From contig OZ252106.1 in NCBI GenBank assembly GCA_965248475.1, forward strand, positions 1,455,640-1,519,639: a stretch of DNA of 64,000 nucleotides, written 5' to 3'. How positions within the stretch are numbered: position 1 is the stretch's first letter; each line of letters begins with the position of its first letter. The DNA is from Dehalococcoidia bacterium (GTDB lineage: Bacteria > Chloroflexota > Dehalococcoidia > Lucifugimonadales > G965248475). This document shows positions 10,022-20,056 of this stretch, in pieces. The translations under genes were made by a program, and so were the position numbers. The notes beneath the pieces are model-generated. The model did no database searches, had not been told where the DNA came from, and worked only from the letters and a program-made list of their open reading frames with translations.

Positions 10022-10447
10022 CTACTCGACCACCTCAATGCCCATGCTTCGTGCTGAACCTTCGATTATGTTCATAGCTGCTTCCAAAGACGGCGCGTTC
10101 AGGTCAGGAAGCTTGGTTTCTGCAATCTTCTGTATGTCACGCCGGCTAATGCGACCCACATTCTCCCGATGAGGCTGAGGACTCCCCTTCTCCAGACCTG
10201 CTGCCTGACGCAGCAGTTCGGACGCAGGTGGCGTTTTGATGATGAATGAGAACGATCTGTCCTCAAATACGGTGACCTCAGCGGGGATGATGGTCCCGGC
10301 CTGTGAGGCTGTCTTGGCGTTGTACTCTTTGACAAAGCCCATGATGTTAACGCCATGCTGGCCCAGAGCCGGGCCTACCGGAGGAGCCGGCGTCGCCTGG
10401 CCCGCTGGTATCTGCAGTTTGATTATTGCTCTAATCTTTTTGGCCAT
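10022..10447 (-). CDS. rplK: 50S ribosomal protein L11
   Basis: 141 aa with [27 protein letters not shown]. Confidence 0.95.
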   Translation of the reverse strand: MAKKIRAIIKLQIPAGQATPAPPVGPALGQHGVNIMGFVKEYNAKTASQAGTIIPAEVTVFEDRSFSFIIKTPPASELLRQAAGLEKGSPQPHRENVGRISRRDIQKIAETKLPDLNAPSLEAAMNIIEGSARSMGIEVVE

Positions 10448-10489
10448 CTACTGTGCTCATGTCCACCGAGGCCGGCAGACCTCCAAATC

Positions 10490-11077
10490 TTACAGCTTCT
10501 CCACCTGGAGAAAATCCAACTCAACCGGGGTCTCCCGTCCAAAGAAGGAGACCAGAACAGAAACCCTTCCCTTATCGGTATCCACCTCATCCACAGTGCC
10601 TATGAAGTCGGCGAAGGGACCATCAGTTATTCGTACGCTCTGACCCTTGGTGTAGCCAATTCTGGGCTTGGGTGTCTCCGACTCAATCTGATGAAGGATA
10701 TCATCAACTTCCCAGGGTTCCAGGGCCACAGGCTTGGGTCGGCCCTCACTCTCGTCGTCTGAGGAAATGAAACCGGTGACACCCGGCGTGTTACGCACCA
10801 CGTACCAGCTTTCGTCATCCATCTCCATCTGAACCATAATGTAGCCTGGGTAGAGGCGCGCCCGCTTGGGTATGCGTTTCCCCTCGCGGATCTCCACAAC
10901 CTCCTCTGTTGGCACGACCACCTGGAATATCTTGCCCTGCATATCCATAGTCTCTATGCGCTGATCCAGGTTCTTCTTCACCCTCTCCTCCTGACCGGAG
11001 TAGGTATGGACGAAGTACCACCTGGCTTCAGCGGCCTGAACGGCGCTGTCTCTTGTTTCTGTCATATGATCAGTCAA
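10490..11077 (-). CDS. nusG: transcription termination/antitermination factor NusG
   Basis: 195 aa with WYFVHTYSGQEERVKKNL (NGN domain) and a C-terminal KOW. Confidence 0.95.
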   Translation of the reverse strand: MTDHMTETRDSAVQAAEARWYFVHTYSGQEERVKKNLDQRIETMDMQGKIFQVVVPTEEVVEIREGKRIPKRARLYPGYIMVQMEMDDESWYVVRNTPGVTGFISSDDESEGRPKPVALEPWEVDDILHQIESETPKPRIGYTKGQSVRITDGPFADFIGTVDEVDTDKGRVSVLVSFFGRETPVELDFLQVEKL

Positions 11078-11080
11078 TAT

Positions 11081-11314
11081 TCATGCTTGCAGCAGCAGGT
11101 CCAGAAGCACGTTGAACACCTGGTCGAAGGAAAACAGGAAAATCCCGATCACTATGGACACCATGATAACCAGAACGGTAAGCCGGGTAGTCTCCGGCCT
11201 AGAAGGCCAGGTAACCCTTTTCAGCTCACCGACGACTTCACCGAAGAAGTGGAACGGCGAGAAGCGAGGGCGCCTCTCGCCAGCGGACCGGCGCAGGAGT
11301 CGGCCACTTGCCAC
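11081..11314 (-). CDS. secE: preprotein translocase subunit SecE
   Basis: 77 aa with FFGEVVGELKRVTWPSRPET followed by a single TM. Confidence 0.85.
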   Translation of the reverse strand: MASGRLLRRSAGERRPRFSPFHFFGEVVGELKRVTWPSRPETTRLTVLVIMVSIVIGIFLFSFDQVFNVLLDLLLQA

Positions 11315-11316
11315 GT

Positions 11317-11487
11317 CTATCTAACCTCGCGGTGCATACGGCTACCGCGACACCGCGGGCAGTACTTGGTAAACTCCATTCGGTCCGGGTCATTATGCCG
11401 GTTCTTGCTTGTGGTGTAGTTGCGCTCCCGGCAATCCGTACACCCCAAGGTAACGATAATCCTAGCTCCTGCTTTACCTCTTGCCAT
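11317..11487 (-). CDS. rpmG: 50S ribosomal protein L33 (56 aa, below the ORF-track cutoff)
   Basis: Hand translation of the minus strand gives MARGKAGARIIVTLGCTDCRERNYTTSKNRHNDPDRMEFTKYCPRCRGSRMHREVR-stop. It sits between tuf and secE. Confidence 0.9.
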   Translation of the reverse strand: MARGKAGARIIVTLGCTDCRERNYTTSKNRHNDPDRMEFTKYCPRCRGSRMHREVR

Positions 11488-11492
11488 GATTG

Positions 11493-12677
11493 CTATCCCA
11501 CCTCTGTGATTACGCCGGAGCCGACCGTTCTGCCGCCTTCTCTGATGGCGAAACGGAGCCCAGGTTCCATAGCTATCGGGTAGATGAGCTTCATTCTTAC
11601 CGCCACGTTGTCACCTGGCATGACCATCTCCACACCCTCGGGCAGTTCGATCTCGCCAGTGATGTCGGTGGTCCGAATATAGAATTGGGGCTTGTAGCCG
11701 TTGAAGAAGGGCGTATGACGGCCTCCCTCATCCTTGGTGAGAACGTACACCTGCCCATGCGCCTCCATGCTGGGCGTCATAGTCCCAGGCTTGGCGAGCA
11801 CCTGACCACGGATCACCTGGTCCCGGTCGACGCCGCGCAGCAGGCAACCGACCGCGTCGCCCGGCTCACCCTCATCCAGCGTCTTATGGAACATCTCTAC
11901 GCCGGTGACGATGGTCTTTCGAGTATCTTCGATGCCCACGATCTCTATCTCGTCGCCAGTCTTGACAATGCCTCGCTCCACACGGCCGGTGACCACGGTA
12001 CCCCGACCCTTGATGCCAAATACGTCCTCCACAGGCATAAGGAAGGGTTGGTCCTTGGGCCGATCAGGAATTGGTATGTACTCATCCACCGCCTTCATCA
12101 GGTCCAAGATACCCTGCTTCGCCTCTTCGTCCCCATCCAGCGCCTTGAGGGCGGATACCCGAACTATCGGCGTGTCATCACCTGGGAAGTCATACCGGCT
12201 GAGGAGCTCTCTGACCTCCAGCTCCACAAGCTCCAGCAACTCTTCGTCCTCCATCATGTCAACCTTGTTTAGGGCAACCACGATACGAGGAACCTCCACC
12301 TGCCGGGCCAGGAGGATATGCTCCCGGGTCTGAGGCATGGGGCCGTCCGGAGCGCTGACCACCAGGATGGCACCATCCATCTGAGCAGCGCCGGTGATCA
12401 TGTTCTTTATGTAGTCGGCATGACCTGGGCAGTCCACATGGGCATAGTGCCGACTTTCCGTTTCATACTCAACGTGGGTGATGGCTATGGTCACGCCCCG
12501 CGCCTTCTCTTCTGGCGCGTTGTCAATGGAGTCAAATGACCTTATCTCGGTACCAGTCCCGGATTCGGCCAGTACCTGGGTAATGGCCGATGTGAGTGTA
12601 GTCTTACCATGGTCAACGTGACCTATTGTGCCCACGTTCACGTGGGGTTTGGTTCGCTCGAACTTCTGTTTAGCCAT
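11493..12677 (-). CDS. tuf: elongation factor Tu
   Basis: 394 aa with [18 protein letters not shown] and NKVD G-motifs. Confidence 0.98.
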   Translation of the reverse strand: MAKQKFERTKPHVNVGTIGHVDHGKTTLTSAITQVLAESGTGTEIRSFDSIDNAPEEKARGVTIAITHVEYETESRHYAHVDCPGHADYIKNMITGAAQMDGAILVVSAPDGPMPQTREHILLARQVEVPRIVVALNKVDMMEDEELLELVELEVRELLSRYDFPGDDTPIVRVSALKALDGDEEAKQGILDLMKAVDEYIPIPDRPKDQPFLMPVEDVFGIKGRGTVVTGRVERGIVKTGDEIEIVGIEDTRKTIVTGVEMFHKTLDEGEPGDAVGCLLRGVDRDQVIRGQVLAKPGTMTPSMEAHGQVYVLTKDEGGRHTPFFNGYKPQFYIRTTDITGEIELPEGVEMVMPGDNVAVRMKLIYPIAMEPGLRFAIREGGRTVGSGVITEVG

Positions 12678-12695
12678 AAACGATTCCTCCTAACA

Positions 12696-12771
12696 TGGAG
12701 CCCACAATCGGACTTGAACCGATGACCTCGTTCTTACCAAGAACGTGCTCTACCTGCTGAGCTATGTGGGC
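12696..12771 (-). tRNA. tRNA-Thr (anticodon GGT), CCA encoded
   Basis: Sense strand GCCCACA..TGTGGGC-T-CCA. Anticodon arm CGTTC-TTGGTAA-GAACG, T-loop TTCAAGT. Confidence 0.9.
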
Positions 12772-12813
12772 TTCTCCTAGTTTCCTTTAATTATCTGGCT
12801 GGTCGGGATTCGT

Positions 12814-12901
12814 TGGTGGAGGGGGTAGGATTCGAACCTACGAAGCCCTTCCGGGCGCCAGATTTACAGTCTGGTGGTATTAACCACTCACCCACCCCTC
12901 C
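12814..12901 (-). tRNA. tRNA-Tyr (anticodon GTA), long variable arm, CCA encoded
   Basis: Sense strand GGAGGGG..CCCCTCC-A-CCA. Anticodon arm CCAGA-CTGTAAA-TCTGG. Confidence 0.9.
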
Positions 12902-12966
12902 AAGCAACAATCCAGATTAGCATATCAAAACAGAGGATACGCCGCAAAGGGATATTCCTGTATTGG

Positions 12967-13042
12967 TGGAGCCCGAGAGGGGATTCGAACCCACCAACCT
13001 ACCGATTACAAATCGGTTGCGCTGCCATTGCGCCACTCGGGC
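12967..13042 (-). tRNA. tRNA-Thr (anticodon TGT), CCA encoded
   Basis: Sense strand GCCCGAG..CTCGGGC-T-CCA. Anticodon arm ACCGA-TTTGTAA-TCGGT. One mismatch in the T-stem. Confidence 0.85.
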
Positions 13043-13206
13043 ACCATCTGGTTCTAGCTCCTTCTAACTACGACTCAAGCTACCAAGCGGCTTGAGTCGT
13101 ACATAAGTGACGTCAGGCTACGGATTCAGCCTATTCAGATTCAGTATAGCCCTGCACCATTTGGCCGTCAAGGAACCGGCAAGGCCAGGGCGGTGGTCGA
13201 AAACCG

Positions 13207-13522
13207 TCACTCTAGAGACGCCTCCACGGCGGCGGCCAGCCACTCTTTGGGCGGCCTACCTGTCTCCTCTCCATCCTCTCCCAGATATACGCGAGGTTCC
13301 AGAGTGTACTCCGTACCGGGGATTTCAGCATCAACGTCCATGCCGTCAATGCGAACCGTAGGCGTACCGAGAAACTCCAGCTGTTCAGCCTGTTGCTGGG
13401 AAGTAACCCTGATGGACTCCATCTCGGCGTCAAGGTGGTTCTCTTTAAGTACGGCCGTCAACTCCTCCAAGGTCGCCTGCCAGTTAGGGCAGTCTTCGCT
13501 ATATTAGGAGTTCAACCTTCAT
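13207..13522 (-). CDS. thioredoxin-fold small protein; N-terminal 7 codons separated by a +1 frameshift (or assembly indel)
   Basis: ATG at 13522 gives MKVELLI-stop. The next frame continues YSEDCPNWQATLEELTAVL.. into ORF 13207-13470. Removing one A at about 13502-13506 gives MKVELLYSEDCPNW, the usual start of this small Trx-like family as I remember it. Confidence 0.6.
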
Positions 13523-13557
13523 ATCTGTCTCTCATCCGAAGCTGGTCATGGTGTGGA

Positions 13558-15042
13558 TCAGGTTAGGTCCGACAGTGAGGGCCGGTCCGCAGAGGTCACG
13601 GGCACCTCCAACGTTACGGGCTCCATGCTCACGTCCTGGTTACGCGTCCTGCGCCGACCGCCAAGGCCGCTCTTGGCACCAGGCAACAGACTGCGCACCA
13701 CCTCAGCCAGGGAGTGCGCTCCGATGATCTCTATCTCTGTACCGCGAACATCTTCAACCTGTGCTGCAGCAACCACGGCCCGACGGAATCCGAGACGAGC
13801 CGCTTCAACTAGACGTCTGCCTAGCTGCGGAACGCCCCTCAGCTCGCCACCCAGGCCGACCTCTGCGACAGCCACGATGTCAGGGTCGCAGGGCACATTA
13901 CGGAAGCTGGATACCAGGGCCAGGGCGGTGGCCAGATCAGCAGCCGGCTCCTGCAGCCGTAGCCCTCCGACCACGTTGACTATGATGTCCTGGTCTCCCA
14001 GGGGAATGCCCAGACGCTTGCTGGTAACAGCGGTTACGAGCATGAGGCGTTGAAAGTCGATACCGGTAGCCGTTCTTCTGGGCTGCGCGAACACCGTTGG
14101 AGTGGTCAGCGCCTGCACCTCCGCCAGCAATGGCCTGCTGCCCTCCATGCTGATCGTCACAGTGGAGCCAGGGACATCTCCGCGACGGCTCGAAAGGAAT
14201 AGGTTAGACGGTTCCCACACCTCTTCCAGTCCCCGTTGCACCATCTGGAATATGCCGATCTCGTCAGTTGAGCCAAAGCGATTCTTGGCACAGCGTAGGA
14301 TGCGGTACTGCCCAAGCGCATCGCCTTCCATGTAGAGGACCACGTCAACCATATGCTCCAGGGTACGGGGCCCCGCTACTGAGCCGTCCTTGGTCACGTG
14401 GCCAGCCAGGAGCACAGGGGCGCTATGACTTTTGGCCCACTTCATCAGCATACGGGTGCACTCCCTCACCTGTGTCACGCTACCGGGGCCCGACGGCACC
14501 TCTTCGGAGGAGAGTGTCTGAACGGAGTCGATGACCACCAAGGCGGGATGAACAACATCCATTTGGGCTACGATCTGCTCCAACTCAGTCTCACCCAGGA
14601 AGAGTACGCCTTCAGCGCTCACTCCCAGCCGCTCCGCACGAAGTCGCACCTGTTGTGCAGACTCCTCTCCTGAGACGTACAGCAGACGGTTACCCTGAAG
14701 GGCCAGGAAGGCGGCGGTCTGAAGAAGGAGAGTGGATTTCCCTACGCCCGGGTCACCGGCTATCAAGACCATTGCACCAGGGACAATACCGCCACCAAGA
14801 ACCCTATCTAATTCTTGGAATGAGGTCGTGATCCGGGGTACGTCACTGGTGGTCACAGTGGCCAGGTCCTGGACACCAGTGCCATCCTCCGGCAACCATC
14901 GTTCACGTTTTGAACGCATTGGCATTTGGACCTGAGCCAGGGTGTTCCACTGACCACAGTGGGAGCATCGGCCCTCCCATTTGGGCGACTGACCGCCACA
15001 CTCCTGACAAACGTATGAGGTACGAGACCTCGCCCGATTCAT
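13558..15042 (-). CDS. radA: DNA repair protein RadA/Sms
   Basis: N-terminal zinc finger (YVCQECGGQSPKWEGRCSHCGQWNT), Walker A GDPGVGKST, KNRFG motif and a Lon-like C-terminal domain. Start taken at the internal Met (MNRARS..). Confidence 0.92.
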   Translation of the reverse strand: MNRARSRTSYVCQECGGQSPKWEGRCSHCGQWNTLAQVQMPMRSKRERWLPEDGTGVQDLATVTTSDVPRITTSFQELDRVLGGGIVPGAMVLIAGDPGVGKSTLLLQTAAFLALQGNRLLYVSGEESAQQVRLRAERLGVSAEGVLFLGETELEQIVAQMDVVHPALVVIDSVQTLSSEEVPSGPGSVTQVRECTRMLMKWAKSHSAPVLLAGHVTKDGSVAGPRTLEHMVDVVLYMEGDALGQYRILRCAKNRFGSTDEIGIFQMVQRGLEEVWEPSNLFLSSRRGDVPGSTVTISMEGSRPLLAEVQALTTPTVFAQPRRTATGIDFQRLMLVTAVTSKRLGIPLGDQDIIVNVVGGLRLQEPAADLATALALVSSFRNVPCDPDIVAVAEVGLGGELRGVPQLGRRLVEAARLGFRRAVVAAAQVEDVRGTEIEIIGAHSLAEVVRSLLPGAKSGLGGRRRTRNQDVSMEPVTLEVPVTSADRPSLSDLT

Positions 15043-15223
15043 ATCAACTCCCGGGGCAATTTGGCGCCATTGTAGCATGCGTCCATGGAGCGGGTAAGCA
15101 CCGGGCGGCAGTGTTTGCCTCACATCCAGAGGGTGTGCCCTGCAACCAAGTTTCTCCAGCGTTCGACAGCAACACCAGCCTCTCGGCGTCGGTGAAAAGT
15201 ACGCTTCCGAGCGACGTTCAGGT

Positions 15224-15267
15224 AGGGAAAGAAGAGAGCCCCCTGGCCTAAGTCCAGAGGGCTCTCT
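15224..15267 (-). terminator. hairpin terminator downstream of clpC
   Basis: Minus strand reads AGAGAGCCCTCTGG-loop-CCAGGGGGCTCTCT followed by TCTTTCCC. Confidence 0.5.
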
Positions 15268-15294
15268 TGGTCACGCTATGTGAGAAGGAGAGGG

Positions 15295-17781
15295 CTATAC
15301 GGGAGCCGGGGCTTCCACCCGCAACGTGATTTCGTCGTCCTTCACGTCCACGTAAATCGTGTCTCCTGGGCCGAAGTTACCGGCCAGGAACTCCTCGGAC
15401 AGCTTGTCCTCCACCTGTTCCTGGATCTCCCGACGCAAGGGTCTCGCACCGAAGTCGGCGTCAAATCCCCTCTCGGCGAGCATCTCTTTGGCTTCCTGGC
15501 TCACCTCCATGGAAACGCCCTTCTCCAAGAGCTGTTTGGCCACGTCACGGAGCATAAGCTCCACGATCCGCACGATATCTTCCCTGCCCAAAGAATGGAA
15601 GACCACGGAGGCATCGATACGGTTCAGGAACTCGGGCCGGAAGAACTTCTTCACCTCATCCAGGACCTTATCCTTCATCCGCTCGTAGGCCTGCTCGGAA
15701 CTCTTGTCATCCTCACCCGGCTTGGAAAAGCCCAGGAAACTGCCGCGCCTGATGAGGTCCGAGCCAATATTGCTGGTCATAACCAGAATGGTGTTTCGGA
15801 AGTCCACCTTGCGGCCCTTGGCATCGGTCAGGTGTCCGTCATCGAACATCTGAAGAAGTATGTTGAAAACGTCTGGGTGCGCCTTCTCGATCTCGTCGAG
15901 CAGTATTGTGGTATAGGACTTGCGACGCACAGCCTCAGTCAGCTGGCCTCCTTCATCGTATCCCACGTACCCAGGAGGAGCACCAACGAGACGGGCTACA
16001 CTATGGCGCTCCATGAACTCAGACATGTCCAGTCGGACCATGCTGTCTTCACTACCGAACATGAATTCGGCAAGTGCTCTGACCAGATAGGTCTTGCCTA
16101 CACCCGTGGGGCCCAGGAATAGGAACACGCCGATAGGCCGCCTGGGATCCTTGATCCCGGCGCGGGCCCTACGTACGGCCTTTGCGACGGAAGCGATGGC
16201 TTCATCCTGGCCAACAACCCGGACATGCAGGTTCTCCTCCATTTGGAGTAGCCGCTGGCTCTCTTCAGTGGCCAGGCGGGTAACGGGTATGCCCGTCCAC
16301 ATGGAGGCAACCTCAGCTATGTCCTCCGCAGCGACAATGGGTAGTTCCTGCTCCTTATCTGAATCCGAATCCTGACCCTCCTCCTGCCACTCCTTCTCCA
16401 ACTGCTCCACCTTCTCGCGCAGCGACTGCTCACGCTGGGTCAGTTCCGCAGCATATTCGTACTGCTGCTGGGCAACGGCATCATCCTTGTCCTTACGCAC
16501 GTTCTCCAGCGCTTTGCCCACCTCCTTGACGGAGAGAGGCATGCTGGTCTTGCGTATGCGGACGCGGCTGGCGGCTTCATCCACCAGGTCAATTGCCTTG
16601 TCCGGCAGGAAGCGATCCGCAATGTAGCGAGTGGCCAGATGAGCGGCGGCCTCCAGGGCTTCGTCAAGGATCGTGAGTTTGTGATGCTCCTCGTATCGCT
16701 TTTTGATGCCCTTCAGTATCTCTACTGTCTCACTCTCAGTTGGCTCCTCCACCTGAACAGGCTGGAAGCGCCTCTCCAGAGCGGGATCCCGTTCAACATA
16801 CTTGCGATAGTCGTCCAGGGTAGTGGCGCCGATGCACTGGATTTCGCCGCGGGCCAGGGATGGCTTAAGGATGTTTGCGGCATCCACGGCGCCTTCAGCG
16901 GCGCCGGCACCAACCATGGTGTGCATTTCATCAATAAACAGAACACAGTTGCCTGAACTGCGAATCTCTTCGATCACCTTCTTGAGGCGCTCTTCGAATT
17001 CGCCCCGGTACTTGGTCCCGGCGACGAGGACACCCATGTCCAGCGTGACGACACGTCTGCGCTGAAGGCTTTCAGGCACGTCACCAGTAATTATCTGCTG
17101 GGCGAGGGCCTCCACGATGGCGGTCTTGCCAACACCAGGCTCACCAATGAGCACAGGGTTGTTCTTGGTGCGCCGGCTTAGGATCTGGATGACGCGTTGA
17201 ATCTCGTTCTGACGCCCCACCACAGGGTCCAGCTTGCTCTGCCTAGCCATATTGGTCAGGTCAATACCCAGCTGGTCCAGGGTCGGGGTTTTGCTAGACG
17301 AGCTGCGGCTGGAGGCGTGCCCGCTCTGGGGAACGCTCTGGCTGCTGATGCGGTTGGTCTCGGCGCGAACCTTCTCCAGACTGACTCCCAGGCTCTCCAG
17401 GACGCCGGCAGCCACGCCTTCGCCCTCACGCATAAGGCCGATGAGTAGGTGCTCAGTACCAATGTAGTGATGGTTGAGGCGCCGGGCCTCATCCACCGCC
17501 AGCTCAATGACCTTCTTGGATCTTGGCGTCAAGCCAATCTCACCGCTGGCGGCGCGGTCCCCCCGGCCGATGATAAACTCAACGGCCGAGCGTACCTTGC
17601 TCAATTCGATGTTAAGGCTTGCGAGAACCCGTGCGGCTACGCCGTCGGTCTCGCGCACAAGCCCCAAGAGAATGTGCTCCGTCCCTATGTAATTATGATT
17701 GAATCGCTGCGCCTCTTCCTGTGCAAGGGAGAGGACCCGCCGGGCACGCTCTGAAAACTTGTCAAATCTACTGGTGGCCAT
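15295..17781 (-). CDS. clpC: ATP-dependent Clp protease ATP-binding subunit ClpC
   Basis: 828 aa with duplicated Clp_N repeats, two AAA+ modules ([16 protein letters not shown]) and a UVR-like linker. Confidence 0.95.
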   Translation of the reverse strand: MATSRFDKFSERARRVLSLAQEEAQRFNHNYIGTEHILLGLVRETDGVAARVLASLNIELSKVRSAVEFIIGRGDRAASGEIGLTPRSKKVIELAVDEARRLNHHYIGTEHLLIGLMREGEGVAAGVLESLGVSLEKVRAETNRISSQSVPQSGHASSRSSSSKTPTLDQLGIDLTNMARQSKLDPVVGRQNEIQRVIQILSRRTKNNPVLIGEPGVGKTAIVEALAQQIITGDVPESLQRRRVVTLDMGVLVAGTKYRGEFEERLKKVIEEIRSSGNCVLFIDEMHTMVGAGAAEGAVDAANILKPSLARGEIQCIGATTLDDYRKYVERDPALERRFQPVQVEEPTESETVEILKGIKKRYEEHHKLTILDEALEAAAHLATRYIADRFLPDKAIDLVDEAASRVRIRKTSMPLSVKEVGKALENVRKDKDDAVAQQQYEYAAELTQREQSLREKVEQLEKEWQEEGQDSDSDKEQELPIVAAEDIAEVASMWTGIPVTRLATEESQRLLQMEENLHVRVVGQDEAIASVAKAVRRARAGIKDPRRPIGVFLFLGPTGVGKTYLVRALAEFMFGSEDSMVRLDMSEFMERHSVARLVGAPPGYVGYDEGGQLTEAVRRKSYTTILLDEIEKAHPDVFNILLQMFDDGHLTDAKGRKVDFRNTILVMTSNIGSDLIRRGSFLGFSKPGEDDKSSEQAYERMKDKVLDEVKKFFRPEFLNRIDASVVFHSLGREDIVRIVELMLRDVAKQLLEKGVSMEVSQEAKEMLAERGFDADFGARPLRREIQEQVEDKLSEEFLAGNFGPGDTIYVDVKDDEITLRVEAPAPV

Positions 17782-17818
17782 AATGGTCTCCGTAAGCAGT
17801 TTCTAGGCGCGGTTTTGG

Positions 17819-18964
17819 CTACTCTGTCTGCTCTATTTCTATATCCCAAGACTCCTCAGTCTGTTTAATGCTGAGGCCCAACCGCCGCCGCTCTGGCTCC
17901 ATCTTGATTATTCTCAGACTCAGTACATCTCCCTCTTTCACAACCTCCTTGGGATGATTTAGCACGCGGTCTGATAGCTCAGAAATATGTATTAGCCCCT
18001 CTATGGAACCTTCGATGCGCGCAAAGGCACCGAAGTTGGTCAGCTTAGTGACTGTGCCCGTAACCGTCTGCCCCACCGCATATCGGTCCCCAATGGTCTG
18101 CCATGGTTCCGGCTGAAGGCGGCGAAGGCTGAGAGCGATCTTCCTGGTTTCCCGGTCCACCCTCAGTACGTACACCTCCAACTCCTCACCTATGCTGACC
18201 ACTGTGCCCGGTGAGTCAACCTGCTCCCAGGACAGCTCAGATATATGTATCAAACCATCTGCGCCGCCCAGGTCCACGAACACCCCAAAGCTGGAGATAC
18301 CACTTACGCGACCACTACGAACCTCTCCCTCCGTCAGCTCATCCAGCAGGCGGTCCTTCTCCAACTCTCGCTGCTTCTGTAGTACCTGACGTTCGGAAAG
18401 AATGACTCGGTTCCTACGTCGGTCCAGCTCCAGCAGGCGCAGCTGCACGGACTCCCCCACGCGCTGAGCCAGTATCTCTTCCTGATCGGTATCACTGGAA
18501 CTCCGGGAGATGGGCGCCAACTGGGACAGAGGGATGAACCCCTGCAGCCCCTCCACCTCTACAACAGCACCACCCCGATTGAATCCCTGGATTACACCCT
18601 CTACAAGATCGGTGGTATCGAGGTATTGCTGAAGCAACGCCCAACCCCGTTCCCCCTTGGCCTTGTCCAGCGACAGAAGGGCCGGCTCTTCATCACTAGC
18701 GGTGCGTATGACATAAGCGAACACTTCGTCGCCAGGTTGAATCACATCCTGTTCTTCCGGGGGCAGTGACCGCATCTCCCGAGGCGGTATGACACCTTCG
18801 GTCTTGTGTCCGACGTTAACCAGGATGCCTTCAGAATCAACGCGCATGACCTCACCCATCACAACCTCGCCTCGGCGGAGGTTTCTAATAGGCTCAGCTT
18901 CGGCTAGAAGCTGTGCCATATCCTGCTGCGGCGGAGAATCCGCCTGTCCAGTGTGGGAGGTCAA
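17819..18964 (-). CDS. rpsA: 30S ribosomal protein S1 (four S1 domains)
   Basis: 381 aa of repeated S1 OB-fold units (GxVxG.V....G..V.L..G..GL.HISE). Start codon uncertain: TTG 18964 or ATG 18919. Confidence 0.85.
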   Translation of the reverse strand: MTSHTGQADSPPQQDMAQLLAEAEPIRNLRRGEVVMGEVMRVDSEGILVNVGHKTEGVIPPREMRSLPPEEQDVIQPGDEVFAYVIRTASDEEPALLSLDKAKGERGWALLQQYLDTTDLVEGVIQGFNRGGAVVEVEGLQGFIPLSQLAPISRSSSDTDQEEILAQRVGESVQLRLLELDRRRNRVILSERQVLQKQRELEKDRLLDELTEGEVRSGRVSGISSFGVFVDLGGADGLIHISELSWEQVDSPGTVVSIGEELEVYVLRVDRETRKIALSLRRLQPEPWQTIGDRYAVGQTVTGTVTKLTNFGAFARIEGSIEGLIHISELSDRVLNHPKEVVKEGDVLSLRIIKMEPERRRLGLSIKQTEESWDIEIEQTE

Positions 18965-19007
18965 CTTTGTGGTTCACTTTAGAAATGTACGCGGCACCCT
19001 CTTTAAG

Positions 19008-19036
19008 AGTATAGCGACGCAACCTTATAGCTGTAA
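19008..19036 (-). promoter_or_regulatory. candidate sigma70-type promoter for rpsA
   Basis: Minus strand reads TTACAG-17 nt-TATACT, about 40 nt upstream of the rpsA ORF. Confidence 0.35.
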
Positions 19037-19181
19037 AGGGAGGGCCAAGTCGCCAGCTAACTAACATGCCCAAACACTGTATCAGAGGCTAGCTGTCAAT
19101 GAAAGGGGCGAAAGCACTTCTTTCATGCAAGGGTTACCACCCAACGACTGAAAGCCAAACCTTGAAAAGATAAGAAATGCT

Positions 19182-19299
19182 CCCTGGCAGTGGCCTATTT
19201 TCCCATACCCCTGCGGGCAGAGTATCGTCAGCGCTGGGGCGTTTCACGACCGTGTTCGGGATGGGAACGGGTGGTTCCACCCCGCTCCAACCACCAGGG
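19182..19299 (-). rRNA. rrf: 5S ribosomal RNA, not linked to 16S/23S in this window
   Basis: Minus strand reads CCTGGTGGTTGGAGCGGGGTGGAACCACCCGTTCCCATCCCGAACACGGTCGTGAAACGCCCCAGCGCTGACGATACTCTGCCCGCAGGGGTATGGGAAAATAGGCCACTGCCAGGG. This carries the universal 5S loop motifs (CCCGAACACGG..AGCGC.GA.GATACT). Confidence 0.9.
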
Positions 19300-19308
19300 A
19301 GCATCCTT

Positions 19309-19317
19309 ATTATAGCA
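19309..19317 (-). promoter_or_regulatory. extended -10 element (TGCTATAAT) upstream of 5S rRNA
   Basis: Minus strand TGCTATAAT ends about 9 nt before the predicted 5S 5' end. Confidence 0.35.
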
Positions 19318-19366
19318 TCCACCGAGGTGGCGGTACAGAACAGCCTGGCGGATGTGGTATCGATGG

Positions 19367-20027
19367 CTAGGGGTGTCCCTCCATGATGGACCTGGGCATA
19401 GCGCGGGCGTCCGGACCTAACACGCGGGGCCTCTGAATATCGTAGACGCGGCGCAGCTCTGCCACGGGGTCCGGGTGCTCATCCACCTGAAGACGGAACA
19501 TTGAGTAGTCCTCATCGCCCATCACGAGCAGGGCCGCGGATACCCGGCCCCGCTTGTCGCCACCGCCTGCTTGGCCGCCCTCCAATGCGGCGACCAGGCG
19601 GTCTGAAAGGAAGCCGGTGGACGCGATGAAACTTTCAGCCATGGTTTCAATGGTCTCCTGCCCAACCAGCATATTCCCAGCGACTGAGAAGCCATCGCCG
19701 GTCCTGTGGCCGCACCAGTCCACGTTTTCGTCGCCGGTGTGGGCCGCAGTGCCACCCATCCCGTCCACGATGTGAAGCTGGCGGTTGGCCCGACCCGGGT
19801 CCAAGGAGATCACCTTCTCCAGAGCATCCTGAGCTGTGACCCCCCGCTCAAGAAGCTGAATAGCGTAGAGGGCCAGATACGGGTTGCTGCTAGCCTGTGA
19901 AGAGACTGCACCCACACCTGCGGCGGCATAAGGGCACAGTCCGCCGACGTTGGGCACCGCCGTAGAGATGGCGACGCCAAGGTGGCCGGTATCAGGGTCC
20001 CGCGCGACAGACAATAGAAAAGGTCAT
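19367..20027 (-). CDS. DUF1028-family (Ntn-hydrolase-like) protein; first 6 codons out of frame (net +1)
   Basis: AAGGAG SD plus ATG 20027 gives MTFSIV, the family's conserved N-terminus carrying the Thr nucleophile. The frame then slips at GTCTGTC (20006-20012) into ..ARDPDTGHLGVAISTAV... Confidence 0.75.
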
Positions 20028-20056
20028 CCGAATCTCCTTGGACTGGGCTGCTCTGG

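Noticed and set aside
11490-12272. 260-aa ORF on the plus strand
   Set aside because: Antisense to tuf, which is unambiguous.
12874-13095. 73-aa ORF; similarly 44653-44911 and 56050-56256
   Set aside because: They overlap tRNA genes (Tyr/Thr, Ala, Glu) and are by-products of tRNA sequence.
15280-16122. 280-aa ORF on the plus strand, plus several shorter ones up to 17754
   Set aside because: Antisense to clpC. No recognisable motifs; a shadow ORF.
19134-19386. ORFs 19134-19322 (-) and 19177-19386 (+)
   Set aside because: They overlap the 5S rRNA gene.
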